From contig DASZWM010000002.1 of NCBI GenBank assembly GCA_035546615.1, positions 15,460 through 79,459 on the forward strand: a stretch of 64,000 nt of DNA, written 5' to 3'. Positions 1 through 9,046 of this stretch are shown here, in pieces. Each line of letters starts with the position of its first letter. The stretch's first letter is position 1. Source of the DNA: Minisyncoccota bacterium. Its GTDB lineage: Bacteria > Patescibacteriota > Minisyncoccia > Phycocordibacterales > SBAW01. The translations under genes were made by a program, and so were the position numbers. A model generated the notes under the pieces. It saw nothing but the letters and a program-made list of their open reading frames with translations. It had not been told where the DNA came from and searched no databases.

Positions 1-111
1 CTGGCCGCCGATGGTTTCGGCGATAAAGACGGTCTTGAGCTTTTTGCGCGCCGCATAGACGCCGGCCGCCACACCGGCGGGTCCGCCGCCGACTATCGCA
101 AGGTCATACAT
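1..111 (-). CDS. FAD-dependent pyridine nucleotide-disulfide oxidoreductase (thioredoxin reductase-like), first 37 codons only; gene runs off the left edge
   Basis: Own reverse-strand translation from ATG (111-109): MYDLAIVGGGPAGVAAGVYAARKKLKTVFIAETIGGQ, with a GGGPAG dinucleotide-binding motif. Absent from the ORF track because there is no stop in the window. Confidence 0.55.
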   Translation of the reverse strand, partial: MYDLAIVGGGPAGVAAGVYAARKKLKTVFIAETIGGQ

Positions 112-154
112 ATTGTGATTTTATCACAAATCCCGCCTTTCGGCGGGATTGTTC

Positions 155-1309
155 CTACTTCATTTTCGGCCTCCGGAGGAAGCTGGGCACCGCGCCCCAG
201 TCGTCGTCTTCCTTGTCCTCCGCCTTCGGCTTGGCCTCCGCGGGCTCCTTTATGGGCATGCTTGGAGCGTTGTATATCTTGCCGATGGGCTGGGCGTCCG
301 CGTCCTTGTCCTTGGCGAAGGTAAACAGCGGCGTGCCGCGGGGATTGATGCCAACCGCCGGGAAGCCGGTCGCGATGACGGTCACGCGTATCTCGTTCTT
401 CTTGAGCTTCTCGTCGCGCGTTGCGCCGAAGATAATCTTCGCGTTCGGGTCAACCGATTCCGTGATTATCTTGGCGGCCTCATGCACCTCTACCATGCCC
501 AGGTCCTCGCCGCCGGCGATGGCGAAGAGTACGCCCTTGGCGCCGTTGATGGAAAGCTCCAGAAGGGGGGAAGAGACCGCCGCCTTTGCAGCCGCCTGGG
601 CGCGGTTCTCGCCGGAGGCGATGCCGATGCCCATGAGCGCGGAGCCGGAGTTCTCCATGACCGCGCGCACGTCGGCGAAGTCCACGTTGATGATGCCGGG
701 ATTGGTGATGAGGTCGGAAATGCCCTCGACGGCCTGCTTGAGCACGTCGTCGCACATGGCGAATGCCTGCTTGAGCGTGGTCTCTTTGGCTACGGTTGCG
801 AGCAAACGGTCGTTGGGGATTACGATAAGCGCGTCAACCTCCTTGCGCAGCTCGTCGAGGCCGGCCTCAGCCAAGCGAAGGCGCTGCTGGCCTTCGAATG
901 AGAAGGGCTTTGTAACGACGCCCACTGTGAGCGCGCCGAGTTCCTTGGCGGTCTTTGCGACCACGGGCGCCGCGCCGGTGCCGGTGCCGCCGCCCATGCC
1001 GCACGCGATGAAGACCATGTCGGAACCCTTGAGCGCCTGCTGGATCTCCTCCTTGGTCTCGTCGGCCGCGCGCTTGCCGAGCTCGGGGTTCATACCGGTG
1101 CCGAGGCCCCGGGTCAGGTTCTTGCCGATGTGTATCTTCTTCTTGGCGCCCGAGTTGTGGAGGTCCTGCGCGTCGGTGTTGACGGCGATGAAATCCACGC
1201 CGCGCACCTTGCTTTCGACCATGTGGTTGACGGCGTTCTTGCCGGAGCCCCCGACGCCGACGACGCGGATGCGGGCGAACGCTTCGATTTCCGGTTGTAT
1301 CTGGGGCAT
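155..1309 (-). CDS. ftsZ: cell division GTPase FtsZ
   Basis: ORF 155..1351. Tubulin signature [13 protein letters not shown], plus [13 protein letters not shown] and NTDAQDL. Start trimmed to ATG (MPQIQPEIE); the GTG at 1351 is also possible. Confidence 0.95.
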   Translation of the reverse strand: MPQIQPEIEAFARIRVVGVGGSGKNAVNHMVESKVRGVDFIAVNTDAQDLHNSGAKKKIHIGKNLTRGLGTGMNPELGKRAADETKEEIQQALKGSDMVFIACGMGGGTGTGAAPVVAKTAKELGALTVGVVTKPFSFEGQQRLRLAEAGLDELRKEVDALIVIPNDRLLATVAKETTLKQAFAMCDDVLKQAVEGISDLITNPGIINVDFADVRAVMENSGSALMGIGIASGENRAQAAAKAAVSSPLLELSINGAKGVLFAIAGGEDLGMVEVHEAAKIITESVDPNAKIIFGATRDEKLKKNEIRVTVIATGFPAVGINPRGTPLFTFAKDKDADAQPIGKIYNAPSMPIKEPAEAKPKAEDKEDDDWGAVPSFLRRPKMK

Positions 1310-1428
1310 AGGTAAAAGTAGTGGATTTCTGGTAAGTCTTGCGTCCACCACTATACCACTTATGGAGCTATTGCAAACTTTGACTTTTTTGCCTTTCGTT
1401 TCCCGCGGCCTAAAGCGTTTCTATAGCC

Positions 1429-2607
1429 CTACGGAAGGAATTTTTTGAACCAGCGCACGAATATCCGGAAGAGGTCGCGCAGGCCCGCGCCGGCGCCCGG
1501 CTCGGCTTCTTCGCCCTGGGTAAAGCCCCAAATAGTGAGGCCATACGCCACGGCCCACGAGCCGTCCTTCAAGTGCACTTTGGAGCCGACGCCTTCCTGA
1601 AGCGACGCGACGCGCGAAGGGAGCCGGAGCACGGCCTTGGCGAGGTCGGACACGGTCTGTATGGAAGAGCCGCCGCCGGTGAGCACGACACCCGCGGGCA
1701 GGAGCTCGTTCTTGCCTATTTTCTTGAGCTGCGCCTCGACCAGCTTGAACATGTCGGAGACGCGGCGCGAAATGAGGTCGTCGATTTTGCGCTGCGGGAA
1801 GGTGGAGCCCAGCACGACGCCCTGCTTGAGCTGCTCCGCGTCCTCGGGGCTGATGCGCAGGCCGAGCGCCAGGTCGTTGGTGATGTCGGCGGCGCCGACG
1901 GGGAACACGCGCATGGAAATGGGGATGCCGTCCTCGAACACGATTATGGAAAGGGTTTCGGAACCGATATTGGCAAGCACGCAGCCCACGCGCTTCTGCA
2001 TTTTGGAAAGGGCGACGAAGCTGGCGGCAAGCGGCGAGGCTGCGACGTCCTCCACCTCGATGCCTGCTTCCTCGGTGGCGGCGACAAGATCGTTCACATG
2101 GCGCTCAAGGCAGGTAATAAAGAGAGCCTCGGCGGAGAGCCGCTGACCCTTGAGCCCGGCAGGGCTGCGGCCCATGACGCGCACGCCGTCCACCGAGTAG
2201 CGCAAGGGAATCGTATGGAGCACTTTGCGGTTAAGGAGCGCCGCGGGCGACAGCCCGCTTTCGGCCGCCGACAGCACGCGCGCGATATCGCGGCCGGTCA
2301 CTTCGGAGTCGCCGCGCTCGATGACGGTTTCGCCGCGCGCGAACGCCTCGTCCAGCCCGACGCCGCCGATGCCTAAGTACGCGCGCTTCACCTTAACCTG
2401 TGCCGCCTTGCTGGCCTGCGCTACCGCCGCGGCAATGGAGCGCGAGACTTCCGGGATGGAAATGATATAGCCCTGCTTCATGCCGCGGCTCTCGGCATAG
2501 CCCGTGCCGAGTATCTGCGGCGCTTCGCGGGAAAGTCCCTGGTGCGCGGCGATGACTACCTTAACTTGATAGGTGCCGACGTCTATTCCCGTGACTATTT
2601 TTTGCAT
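1429..2607 (-). CDS. ftsA: cell division protein FtsA (actin-like ATPase)
   Basis: ORF 1429..2661. MQKIVTGIDVGTYQVKVV, LTGGGSSIQ. Lies directly upstream of ftsZ. Start set to the internal ATG at 2607. Confidence 0.9.
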   Translation of the reverse strand: MQKIVTGIDVGTYQVKVVIAAHQGLSREAPQILGTGYAESRGMKQGYIISIPEVSRSIAAAVAQASKAAQVKVKRAYLGIGGVGLDEAFARGETVIERGDSEVTGRDIARVLSAAESGLSPAALLNRKVLHTIPLRYSVDGVRVMGRSPAGLKGQRLSAEALFITCLERHVNDLVAATEEAGIEVEDVAASPLAASFVALSKMQKRVGCVLANIGSETLSIIVFEDGIPISMRVFPVGAADITNDLALGLRISPEDAEQLKQGVVLGSTFPQRKIDDLISRRVSDMFKLVEAQLKKIGKNELLPAGVVLTGGGSSIQTVSDLAKAVLRLPSRVASLQEGVGSKVHLKDGSWAVAYGLTIWGFTQGEEAEPGAGAGLRDLFRIFVRWFKKFLP

Positions 2608-2959
2608 ACGGTATGAAGCGCTCGAGCATGCGGGTCTCGAATCGCTCCATTGTAGCACCATGTTTGTGGCCTTTCAGATGAAGGGCGCCGTGGATAAAGA
2701 GGTAGGGCAGGCTAAAAGGCTTCGCGGCGGCCGGGCACAGGAGTATTTCGCCGGAGTTTTTTGAAAGGGGGAATGAGAGGACGTTGGAGACGTGGTCCTT
2801 CTTTTTCGTCGCAATAGTTATGCGGCGCATCTCGGCGGCCGGGATATATGCGACCGAAAGCTCGTAGTTCTTGCCTAAAATAGCATCCTTAATAGACGAG
2901 AAAAGCGCGCGGGGCATCCGCGCGCGCGTTTTGTTTGAAAAAGATACGGTGTCCCGCAT
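2561..2959 (-). CDS. ybeY: rRNA maturation endoribonuclease YbeY
   Basis: HGALHLKGHKH zinc-binding histidine motif and typical size. The 3' end overlaps the ftsA start. Confidence 0.8.
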   Translation of the reverse strand: MRDTVSFSNKTRARMPRALFSSIKDAILGKNYELSVAYIPAAEMRRITIATKKKDHVSNVLSFPLSKNSGEILLCPAAAKPFSLPYLFIHGALHLKGHKHGATMERFETRMLERFIPYAKNSHGNRRRHLSS

Positions 2960-2969
2960 CGAGAGGAGA

Positions 2970-3227
2970 TTAGCGGCGCGGACGGCGCTCGCCGGGCATG
3001 CGCTCCACCAGTTTGCCGAGCTTGATGAGTTCCTGTATTTCCTCGCGGCGCTTAATAGCCTTGAGCGCGTGCTTGCGGACTACCGCGGGGGACTTAACGC
3101 GGGCGCGGTAGCGGCGGGCGCGCATGCGGATGAGCACCTGCGCGCCTTGCACGCGCTTCGTAAAGCGGCGGATAAGATTTACCGCCGATTCGCCCTCGTT
3201 CTTCTGGACCTCCGCATTTACTGCCAT
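2970..3227 (-). CDS. rpsU: 30S ribosomal protein S21
   Basis: 85-aa, very basic. LIRRFTKRV...RARRYRARVKSPAVVRKHALK resembles S21. Confidence 0.65.
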   Translation of the reverse strand: MAVNAEVQKNEGESAVNLIRRFTKRVQGAQVLIRMRARRYRARVKSPAVVRKHALKAIKRREEIQELIKLGKLVERMPGERRPRR

Positions 3228-3258
3228 GTGTGATGCCTAGAATAGCACGCGGGGGGCC

Positions 3259-4422
3259 CTAACGCAAGGTGCGCAGGAAGCGGGGGACTTCGTTGACGCT
3301 GATTATGTGCTGGGAGCTGTTGCGGGTGGAACGGACGATGACCGTGCCGTCAAGCGCCTCGCGCTGGCCCATGATAAGGAGGTAGGGGACGCCGAGCTCT
3401 GCCGCGGCGGAGAGCTGCATCGAGAGCCGGCTGGCATCGAAGGACTGCAGCACCGGCACGTGCGCCGCGCGCAGCATATCCACGACCGCCAGGCCCTGCA
3501 GCTTGGCGCGCAGGCCGAGCTGGGCGAAATAGATCTTCGGCTTTATAGCAGGCGCGACGGTGGCGAAGTTCTGCTTGGAAACGCCTTTCTTGCGGAAGAA
3601 GATGCTCGCGCCCACGCCGGTTGAGTCCTTGCGGTGGCTTTCGCGCTTGAGGTACTCGTCATAGCGGCCGCCGAGCGCGCCCACGATAGTGGCGTCGTCT
3701 TCTTTGAAATCGAGCGCGAAGGCGATATGGGGGCCGCGCTCGTCGCCGCCCAAGAGGTCGTCGAGCTGATAGGGGATGCCAAGCTGCTCCAGATGCTCGA
3801 GCACGGAGCGGAAATGCACGCGGCTCTTTTCAGAAAGGAAGTGCATCGGCCGCGGACCGCCCTCAAGCAATGCCGTTATCTCCGGCGAGTGCAGGCGATA
3901 GACGGAGAACGGGTCGTCCATCACGCCTTTGCGCGCGGCTTCCTCGAACTGGTCGAGGTTGCGGCGCAGGTAGCTTCCGAGCTCGCGCCCGAAGCGCTGC
4001 TGGCTGTCGCGGTCGCCGAGTGCGTTGACGCGCACGCGCTCAACCTCGCTGCCCCATTCGGTGGCCACCATCGTTATGGTCTTGAGCAGGACTATTTCGC
4101 CGACGCTCTCCGGCGTGCCGATGACCTGGAGGCCGAACTCGCCCACGTCGCGCGGCGACATCCCGCCGGGCACGTGGCTGGGGGCGGGCGTAGCATAAAA
4201 TCCCAGTATCGGGTCCTGCGGCCGCGCGGCCGCGCGCATGGCGCCGAGCAATGCCGCGCTTTGGAACGAGTACACGCCCTGTGTACGGCGGTTGCCGACC
4301 TTCGCCTCGATGTGGCGCATATGGTCGCGCTCTATCTCGCGCATGGGGCGGAAGCCGTAGAACGACGCCACTTCCGACGCGTGCTTCAGGAACGATATCG
4401 GCGATGTTCGGGAGGTACTCAT
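3259..4422 (-). CDS. histidyl-tRNA synthetase-like protein (class II core plus anticodon-binding domain; motif 2 degenerate)
   Basis: GALGGRYDEYL matches the HisRS GGGRYD motif. The C-terminal KIYFAQLG...PYLLIMGQRE...VIVRS looks like a HGTP anticodon-binding domain. The RxERPQ motif-2 region reads FYATPAPSHVP. Confidence 0.6.
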   Translation of the reverse strand: MSTSRTSPISFLKHASEVASFYGFRPMREIERDHMRHIEAKVGNRRTQGVYSFQSAALLGAMRAAARPQDPILGFYATPAPSHVPGGMSPRDVGEFGLQVIGTPESVGEIVLLKTITMVATEWGSEVERVRVNALGDRDSQQRFGRELGSYLRRNLDQFEEAARKGVMDDPFSVYRLHSPEITALLEGGPRPMHFLSEKSRVHFRSVLEHLEQLGIPYQLDDLLGGDERGPHIAFALDFKEDDATIVGALGGRYDEYLKRESHRKDSTGVGASIFFRKKGVSKQNFATVAPAIKPKIYFAQLGLRAKLQGLAVVDMLRAAHVPVLQSFDASRLSMQLSAAAELGVPYLLIMGQREALDGTVIVRSTRNSSQHIISVNEVPRFLRTLR

Positions 4423-4434
4423 GCGTGGCAGCTG

Positions 4435-4989
4435 CTATTGCGACGAAAGGCTTCCGGGGAAAAGGCCGAGTTCCTGGACGGGGAGAAGCCGCACGAACGC
4501 GCGGCCGACGATATCGGCGCGCGGCAGCACGCCCCAGATGCGCGAATCGGAGCTCTCGGGCCGGTTGTCGCCCATGACGAAATACTCGCCGGCCTTGAGC
4601 GTGACGCTCATGTCGCCGCCGTTGCCCTGATGCGTGACATAGGATTCGTCCGGCGTGAGGATATTGCCGTTGGTCATCACCACAGACACTACTCCGCGCT
4701 GTATGCGCACGGTCTCTCCCGGAAGCCCGATGACGCGCTTGATGAAATACTGGGTCGGGTCCTTCGGATAGCGGAAAATGACGACATCGCCGCGCGCGGG
4801 CTCCTCGAACCGGTAGGAAAGCTCGTCGACGATAAGGTACTGGCCCGTCTCAAAGGTCGGCACCATCGACGCTCCCGAGACGATGAACGGTTTCGCGATG
4901 AAAAGTCGGACCGGAACGACGATGACGATTGCGATGAGTGCGAATTTCAGGAGTTCGATGAAAAAATTTTCACGTTTCTCCTCTTGCAT
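4435..4989 (-). CDS. lepB: signal peptidase I
   Basis: SGASMVPTF (catalytic Ser box), KRVIGLPGE, GDNRPESSDSR, and an N-terminal TM helix. Start ambiguous (4989 or 5016). Confidence 0.9.
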   Translation of the reverse strand: MQEEKRENFFIELLKFALIAIVIVVPVRLFIAKPFIVSGASMVPTFETGQYLIVDELSYRFEEPARGDVVIFRYPKDPTQYFIKRVIGLPGETVRIQRGVVSVVMTNGNILTPDESYVTHQGNGGDMSVTLKAGEYFVMGDNRPESSDSRIWGVLPRADIVGRAFVRLLPVQELGLFPGSLSSQ

Positions 4990-5213
4990 ACCGAGTATTG
5001 TACATCCGCCGTGCATTGATGCAAGCCCCGCACTGAAAATTGGCGTTGTTCATTTTGCAAAACCGTGTCATGAGGTGGTATGCGAGCGTGCAGGCGTCAA
5101 AAAATGGCGATTATCGGGAGATGAACATGTTTTGCGACGCCAATTACTAGTGTCGGGGCAAGCGCAAATGCGTTTTCTCGTGCGTTTTTTGCCGCCGTGC
5201 TATAGTTTTCGGC

Positions 5214-5744
5214 ATGCAGTGGATAGTCGCAGGCCTTGGAAATCCCGGCGAAGAGTACGTCGGCACGCGCCACAATGCGGGCCGCGACTTTTTGCATGCG
5301 TTTGAGGACAAATTGCCGAAGAACGTGAAGGCGATAACACCCGATGTCTACATGAACAACTCCGGCGGGCCGCTCAAGAAGCTTATTCCCTCCAAAAAGG
5401 CGGCCGAGAGGCTCATTGTGCTTCATGACGAGCTCGACTTGCCGGTCGGGCGCATCAAAATCTCCTATGGCTCATCCGCCGGCGGCCACAACGGCGTCAA
5501 ATCGGTACAAGCGGCGCTCAAAACGCAGGATTTCACGCGCATCCGCATCGGCATTTCTCCTTCAACCCCTTCCGGCAAGCTGAAGCGCCCTCAAGGCGCA
5601 AAGATAGTGGACTTCGTACTCGGCAAATTCAAGCCCGCCGACCAGGAGAAACTCAAGAAGGTCCGCAAGACGGTGCTTGAGGCTATCGAACTGATAGTAA
5701 AAGACGGCGTCCAGGCCGCGATGATGGAGATACATTCGCGGTAG
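5214..5744 (+). CDS. pth: peptidyl-tRNA hydrolase
   Basis: MQWIVAGLGNPGEEYVGTRHNAGRDFL is the canonical Pth N-terminus. Confidence 0.95.
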   Translation: MQWIVAGLGNPGEEYVGTRHNAGRDFLHAFEDKLPKNVKAITPDVYMNNSGGPLKKLIPSKKAAERLIVLHDELDLPVGRIKISYGSSAGGHNGVKSVQAALKTQDFTRIRIGISPSTPSGKLKRPQGAKIVDFVLGKFKPADQEKLKKVRKTVLEAIELIVKDGVQAAMMEIHSR

Positions 5745-5823
5745 ACGCGCCCGGGGCTTTTTGTATACTCGCAAAGGAATCCCGTCTGCTGTAGCCGGGA
5801 TGTAAAGCGCAAGGAGGCGGCAT

Positions 5824-6225
5824 ATGCGCCCGCGAGTGCTTATTGCAGACGAAGACGACAAGACACTAGCAGTGGCGGGAAGCCTGCTCAAGGAAGCAGG
5901 CATGGAATTCGTCCTGGCAAGAACCGGCAGGTCGGCTCTCAAGGCGGCGCAAAACGTCTTCGACCTTATCATCACCGAATGCGAGATCGAATTCGACCCT
6001 GCGAAGTCTCCAGGCGAAAAAATAAACCTGCTTGAGGCGTACAAGACAGCGTGCATCGCGACGCCCATCGTCCTGTATACGGCTCTCGAACATTCCTCCG
6101 TGATCGTCTCGGCGGCTGGCAGCCAACTCCCTCTGGTGAAGCAGATACTCCGCAAGCCGCTCGCGCTCAAGGAACCGCAGAACTTCCTGACTGCGGTCCG
6201 CGCGACGCTGATCGTGTCGTTGTAG
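5824..6225 (+). CDS. stand-alone response-regulator receiver domain (Glu at phospho-acceptor position)
   Basis: VLIADEDD acidic pocket, DLIITE (acceptor strand), VLYTA (Thr), LRKPL (Lys-Pro). AAGGAGG RBS lies 6 nt upstream. Confidence 0.75.
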   Translation: MRPRVLIADEDDKTLAVAGSLLKEAGMEFVLARTGRSALKAAQNVFDLIITECEIEFDPAKSPGEKINLLEAYKTACIATPIVLYTALEHSSVIVSAAGSQLPLVKQILRKPLALKEPQNFLTAVRATLIVSL

Positions 6226-6233
6226 GTAAAACG

Positions 6234-6266
6234 AATCGCCCGCCGGAGGAACTCCGGCGGGCGATT
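6234..6266. terminator. bidirectional hairpin between the receiver gene and rpsA
   Basis: AATCGCCCGCCGGA ggaac TCCGGCGGGCGATT, a perfect 14-bp stem followed by TTGTTGCGTTAGTTTTT. Confidence 0.6.
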
Positions 6267-6288
6267 GTTGCGTTAGTTTTTCACGGAA

Positions 6289-7410
6289 TTACTTCTTATC
6301 TCCGGCGAATGCCAGCGCCATGCGCATGTCCTTCGGCTCGAAGAGGGAAATGGTAAACGGGTAGCGCTTGCCGAGCTCGAGGCTTGCGCGGAGCTTTTCT
6401 TCGCTCCCGAACTCGCTGACGTGCACGAGGCCCGCGATGCCTTCCTCAATGGATGCGAGCGCGCCGTGCTTGTTGAACTTGATGACGACGCCCTCAACCT
6501 TATCGCCCTTGTTGTATTTGCCGGAGGCGACCTGCCACGGGTTTTCCTTGAGCTGTTTTGCGGAAAGGGATATTTTGCCGTCCTTGATGTCGATTATTTT
6601 CACCTTCACCTTGTCGCCGACCTTGTAGAAGTGGCGGGGATCGTCAACGAGGCCCCAGTCGATCTCGGAAATGTGGACCAGGCCTTCGAGGCCTTCCTCA
6701 AGCTTCACGAAGACGCCGAAGTCAACCATACCGGTCACCTCGCCCTCTACCGTGTCGCCGACCGCGTAAGACGCAATGAGCTCGCGCTTTTCCTTATCGT
6801 CAACGCCCTTCTCGGAGAATATCAGCTTGCCTTCCTTCGGGGTTGCGGAAATGATGGAAACGATAAGGCGGGTGCCCACCAGCTTGCGCAGCTCGTCGAG
6901 GATCTTGTCCTTGTCGCCGTCTACGACGCGCGGATAGTGCTCGGCTTTAAGCTGGCTGGCGGGGAGGAAGCCGGCGATGCCCTGCCACTCAAGTATGAGT
7001 CCGCCCTTGTTGGCTTCCTTAACCAGTATCTCCACCTGGCGCTTCTCCTTGACGGCAAGCTCGGCCTCGGCCCAGATGAGCGCCTGGCGCGCCTCCTTGA
7101 GGGAAAGCTCGATGTAGCCTTCTTTGCTGTCGGTCGAGATGACCTTGGCGGCGATGCGGTCGCCGACGTTCGTGCGCTTGATGACCTCGCGCGCGTTGAG
7201 GTATTCGCGGCCGAAGATGACGCCGGTGCCGAACGGAGGGAGGTCGATGTAGAGGCGCGCGCGGTCAAGAGCAATGACCGGACCCTCGACGATGTCTCCC
7301 GGCTGGGGAGGGGTAGGAGCACGCTCCATAAGCCCTGCCATGATGGTCGGGGCGGCTGCAGAATCTTCGATCTGGGACGCGTCTAAGACGGCCTCTTTTG
7401 CTTTTGCCAT
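6289..7410 (-). CDS. rpsA: 30S ribosomal protein S1 (four S1 RNA-binding repeats)
   Basis: Repeated G-x-V-x-G-x-V...GVFV/GAFV S1-domain motifs, e.g. GDTVEGEVTGMVDFGVFVKL and GDKVEGVVIKFNKHGALASI. Confidence 0.85.
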   Translation of the reverse strand: MAKAKEAVLDASQIEDSAAAPTIMAGLMERAPTPPQPGDIVEGPVIALDRARLYIDLPPFGTGVIFGREYLNAREVIKRTNVGDRIAAKVISTDSKEGYIELSLKEARQALIWAEAELAVKEKRQVEILVKEANKGGLILEWQGIAGFLPASQLKAEHYPRVVDGDKDKILDELRKLVGTRLIVSIISATPKEGKLIFSEKGVDDKEKRELIASYAVGDTVEGEVTGMVDFGVFVKLEEGLEGLVHISEIDWGLVDDPRHFYKVGDKVKVKIIDIKDGKISLSAKQLKENPWQVASGKYNKGDKVEGVVIKFNKHGALASIEEGIAGLVHVSEFGSEEKLRASLELGKRYPFTISLFEPKDMRMALAFAGDKK

Positions 7411-7572
7411 AGTCTAGTGAAGTAAGCGAAGTAAAAACTTGTTTTTATTTCGGAACGAACGACGACTATATAAGTCGCCGAGACTTCTATAATTATTGTG
7501 TTGTACGGTGAGGCCTCCAGGTCGGAGATTAGTCTCACTCGCGCTAATAAAGGATAGCCCTTTATTGCTTGC

Positions 7573-7601
7573 ACTATATATCAAAACTGCGTGAGGCGCA
7601 A
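7573..7601 (-). promoter_or_regulatory. candidate sigma70-type promoter for rpsA
   Basis: On the minus strand, TTGCGC-N17-TATAGT. This would give a ~155-nt AT-rich leader with two hairpins. Confidence 0.3.
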
Positions 7602-7607
7602 GGCTCT

Positions 7608-7651
7608 GAATTAAAGAAGAAACCCCGCCCCAGCAATGCGCTGGAACGGGG
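7608..7651 (-). terminator. rho-independent terminator of 7687..8277
   Basis: On the minus strand, CCCCG..CCAGC gcatt GCTGG..CGGGG followed by TTTCTTCTTT. Confidence 0.6.
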
Positions 7652-7686
7652 CCTCGGCGCCAGCGTGGGCCGCTGGTAACCGGAGA

Positions 7687-8277
7687 TCAGGAAGTGAGGA
7701 AGCCGAGCGGCATGTGCCCGACGCCGACGCCGTGAACGATGGCGCCCACCGTGTTGATGTCATTCGACGCGGCGACCAGCAGCGGGGGAGCGTGGCCGTG
7801 GCCGGCGCCCTTCTGCTTGTCGATGTCGAGGCCGTAGGCGTTCGAGATCGCGACGGTCCAGGTCGGAATGAGCGAGCCGGTGGCCGGGTAGGCCGCCGAA
7901 CCGTCGTTCCAGCCGCGGGACTTCACGAAGGCGACGTCGTAGATGCCGGCATGGCCGTCGATCACGCTCGGAATACGGTCGAGAATGACCCCGCCGTCAG
8001 CGACCTGGTCGATGTGCAGCGCGCCCTCCTTGAGGCCGAAGCCGCCGGTGATGGCGTACGTGTCGTCCAGCGCCGAGGCGGCCTTCAGAAGGTTCGGATT
8101 GCCGGTGATGTGGCCGATGACGAAGGCGTCGAAGGCGACCTGGTCGATGTCGAAATGTCCGCTATAGATACCCTTGTCGATCAGCGCGTGGCCGGGCGAC
8201 GAGCCGGCGAACGCGGCGGGAGCGGCGAGCAATGCGGCGGCAAACGATGCCGCAAGAGTCAGACGCAAGCTTTTCAT
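7687..8277 (-). CDS. secreted hypothetical protein
   Basis: Signal peptide MKSLRLTLAASFAAALLAAPAAFA/GS. AGGAGG RBS, own terminator. No recognisable family. Confidence 0.55.
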   Translation of the reverse strand: MKSLRLTLAASFAAALLAAPAAFAGSSPGHALIDKGIYSGHFDIDQVAFDAFVIGHITGNPNLLKAASALDDTYAITGGFGLKEGALHIDQVADGGVILDRIPSVIDGHAGIYDVAFVKSRGWNDGSAAYPATGSLIPTWTVAISNAYGLDIDKQKGAGHGHAPPLLVAASNDINTVGAIVHGVGVGHMPLGFLTS

Positions 8278-8412
8278 GCGCAGTCCTCCTGGTTGCAGTT
8301 CACTTCCAAATTGACGAATTACAGTTCCGCACTTGTCCTGGATTCAAGGTCCTGGCGTACGGAATACCAGCAGATAGTATGAAATCTTCACGTTTGTGTC
8401 AATATATGTTCT

Positions 8413-8448
8413 GAACAGGGTCAAAAAATAACAGTGCCCCGAGGCGGA
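8413..8448 (-). terminator. rho-independent terminator of 8483..8872
   Basis: On the minus strand, CCCCGAGG aatccg CCTCGGGG followed by CACTGTTATTTTTT. Confidence 0.55.
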
Positions 8449-8482
8449 TTCCTCGGGGCGGGCGAACAGATGCGAAACGGGG

Positions 8483-8872
8483 CTAGAAGCCCTCAACTTT
8501 CTTGTATTCCCGGTAGGCCGGGTCGTTGGGGTCAAAAGACGGCTTCTGCGGCTCGGGCGGATCGTCGCCGAGCGCGGCGTCCCGGCCAGTCTCCCCGCGA
8601 CGGCTGCCGTCGCCGAAGCCGCTTTCCGGATTGGGTGTCATATTGAACACCGAAGCGCCTTGCTGCGCCGTTGAGCGGTCGTCAGACATCGGCAATCCGC
8701 GCTGGTTGTGGGTTCCGGACATGTCGGCGTTCCCAACCATCCGTGCAGGGCCGGGGCCGCTGCCATTGGCGATCTCGCGAAGTTCTTCCATGCTTTCCCC
8801 GATATCGCAGATGCCGGGAATTGAGGTTCGGTCAGTGCCGCCGAAAGGGCCGGCGAATTTTGTAAGTCGCAT
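8483..8872 (-). CDS. hypothetical protein (Gly/Pro/Asp-rich)
   Basis: 129-aa ORF with a GGAGCAGG RBS-like sequence and its own terminator. Low-complexity sequence, no family recognised. Confidence 0.35.
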   Translation of the reverse strand: MRLTKFAGPFGGTDRTSIPGICDIGESMEELREIANGSGPGPARMVGNADMSGTHNQRGLPMSDDRSTAQQGASVFNMTPNPESGFGDGSRRGETGRDAALGDDPPEPQKPSFDPNDPAYREYKKVEGF

Positions 8873-9046
8873 CTTACCTGCTCCCTAAGATTTTGGTTTG
8901 CCCGATAGGGCGGAACATAGCCTCGTCATCAGCCTTTGCGTATACGCGCAAAAGTTGGAGGTATCCGCTTACTGTAGCGCAAGGGGCGCGCTCTTTCAAA
9001 CAGAGTAATCCCCCGCCGCGCCTAAAAGCGCGCCGGGGGATATGGC

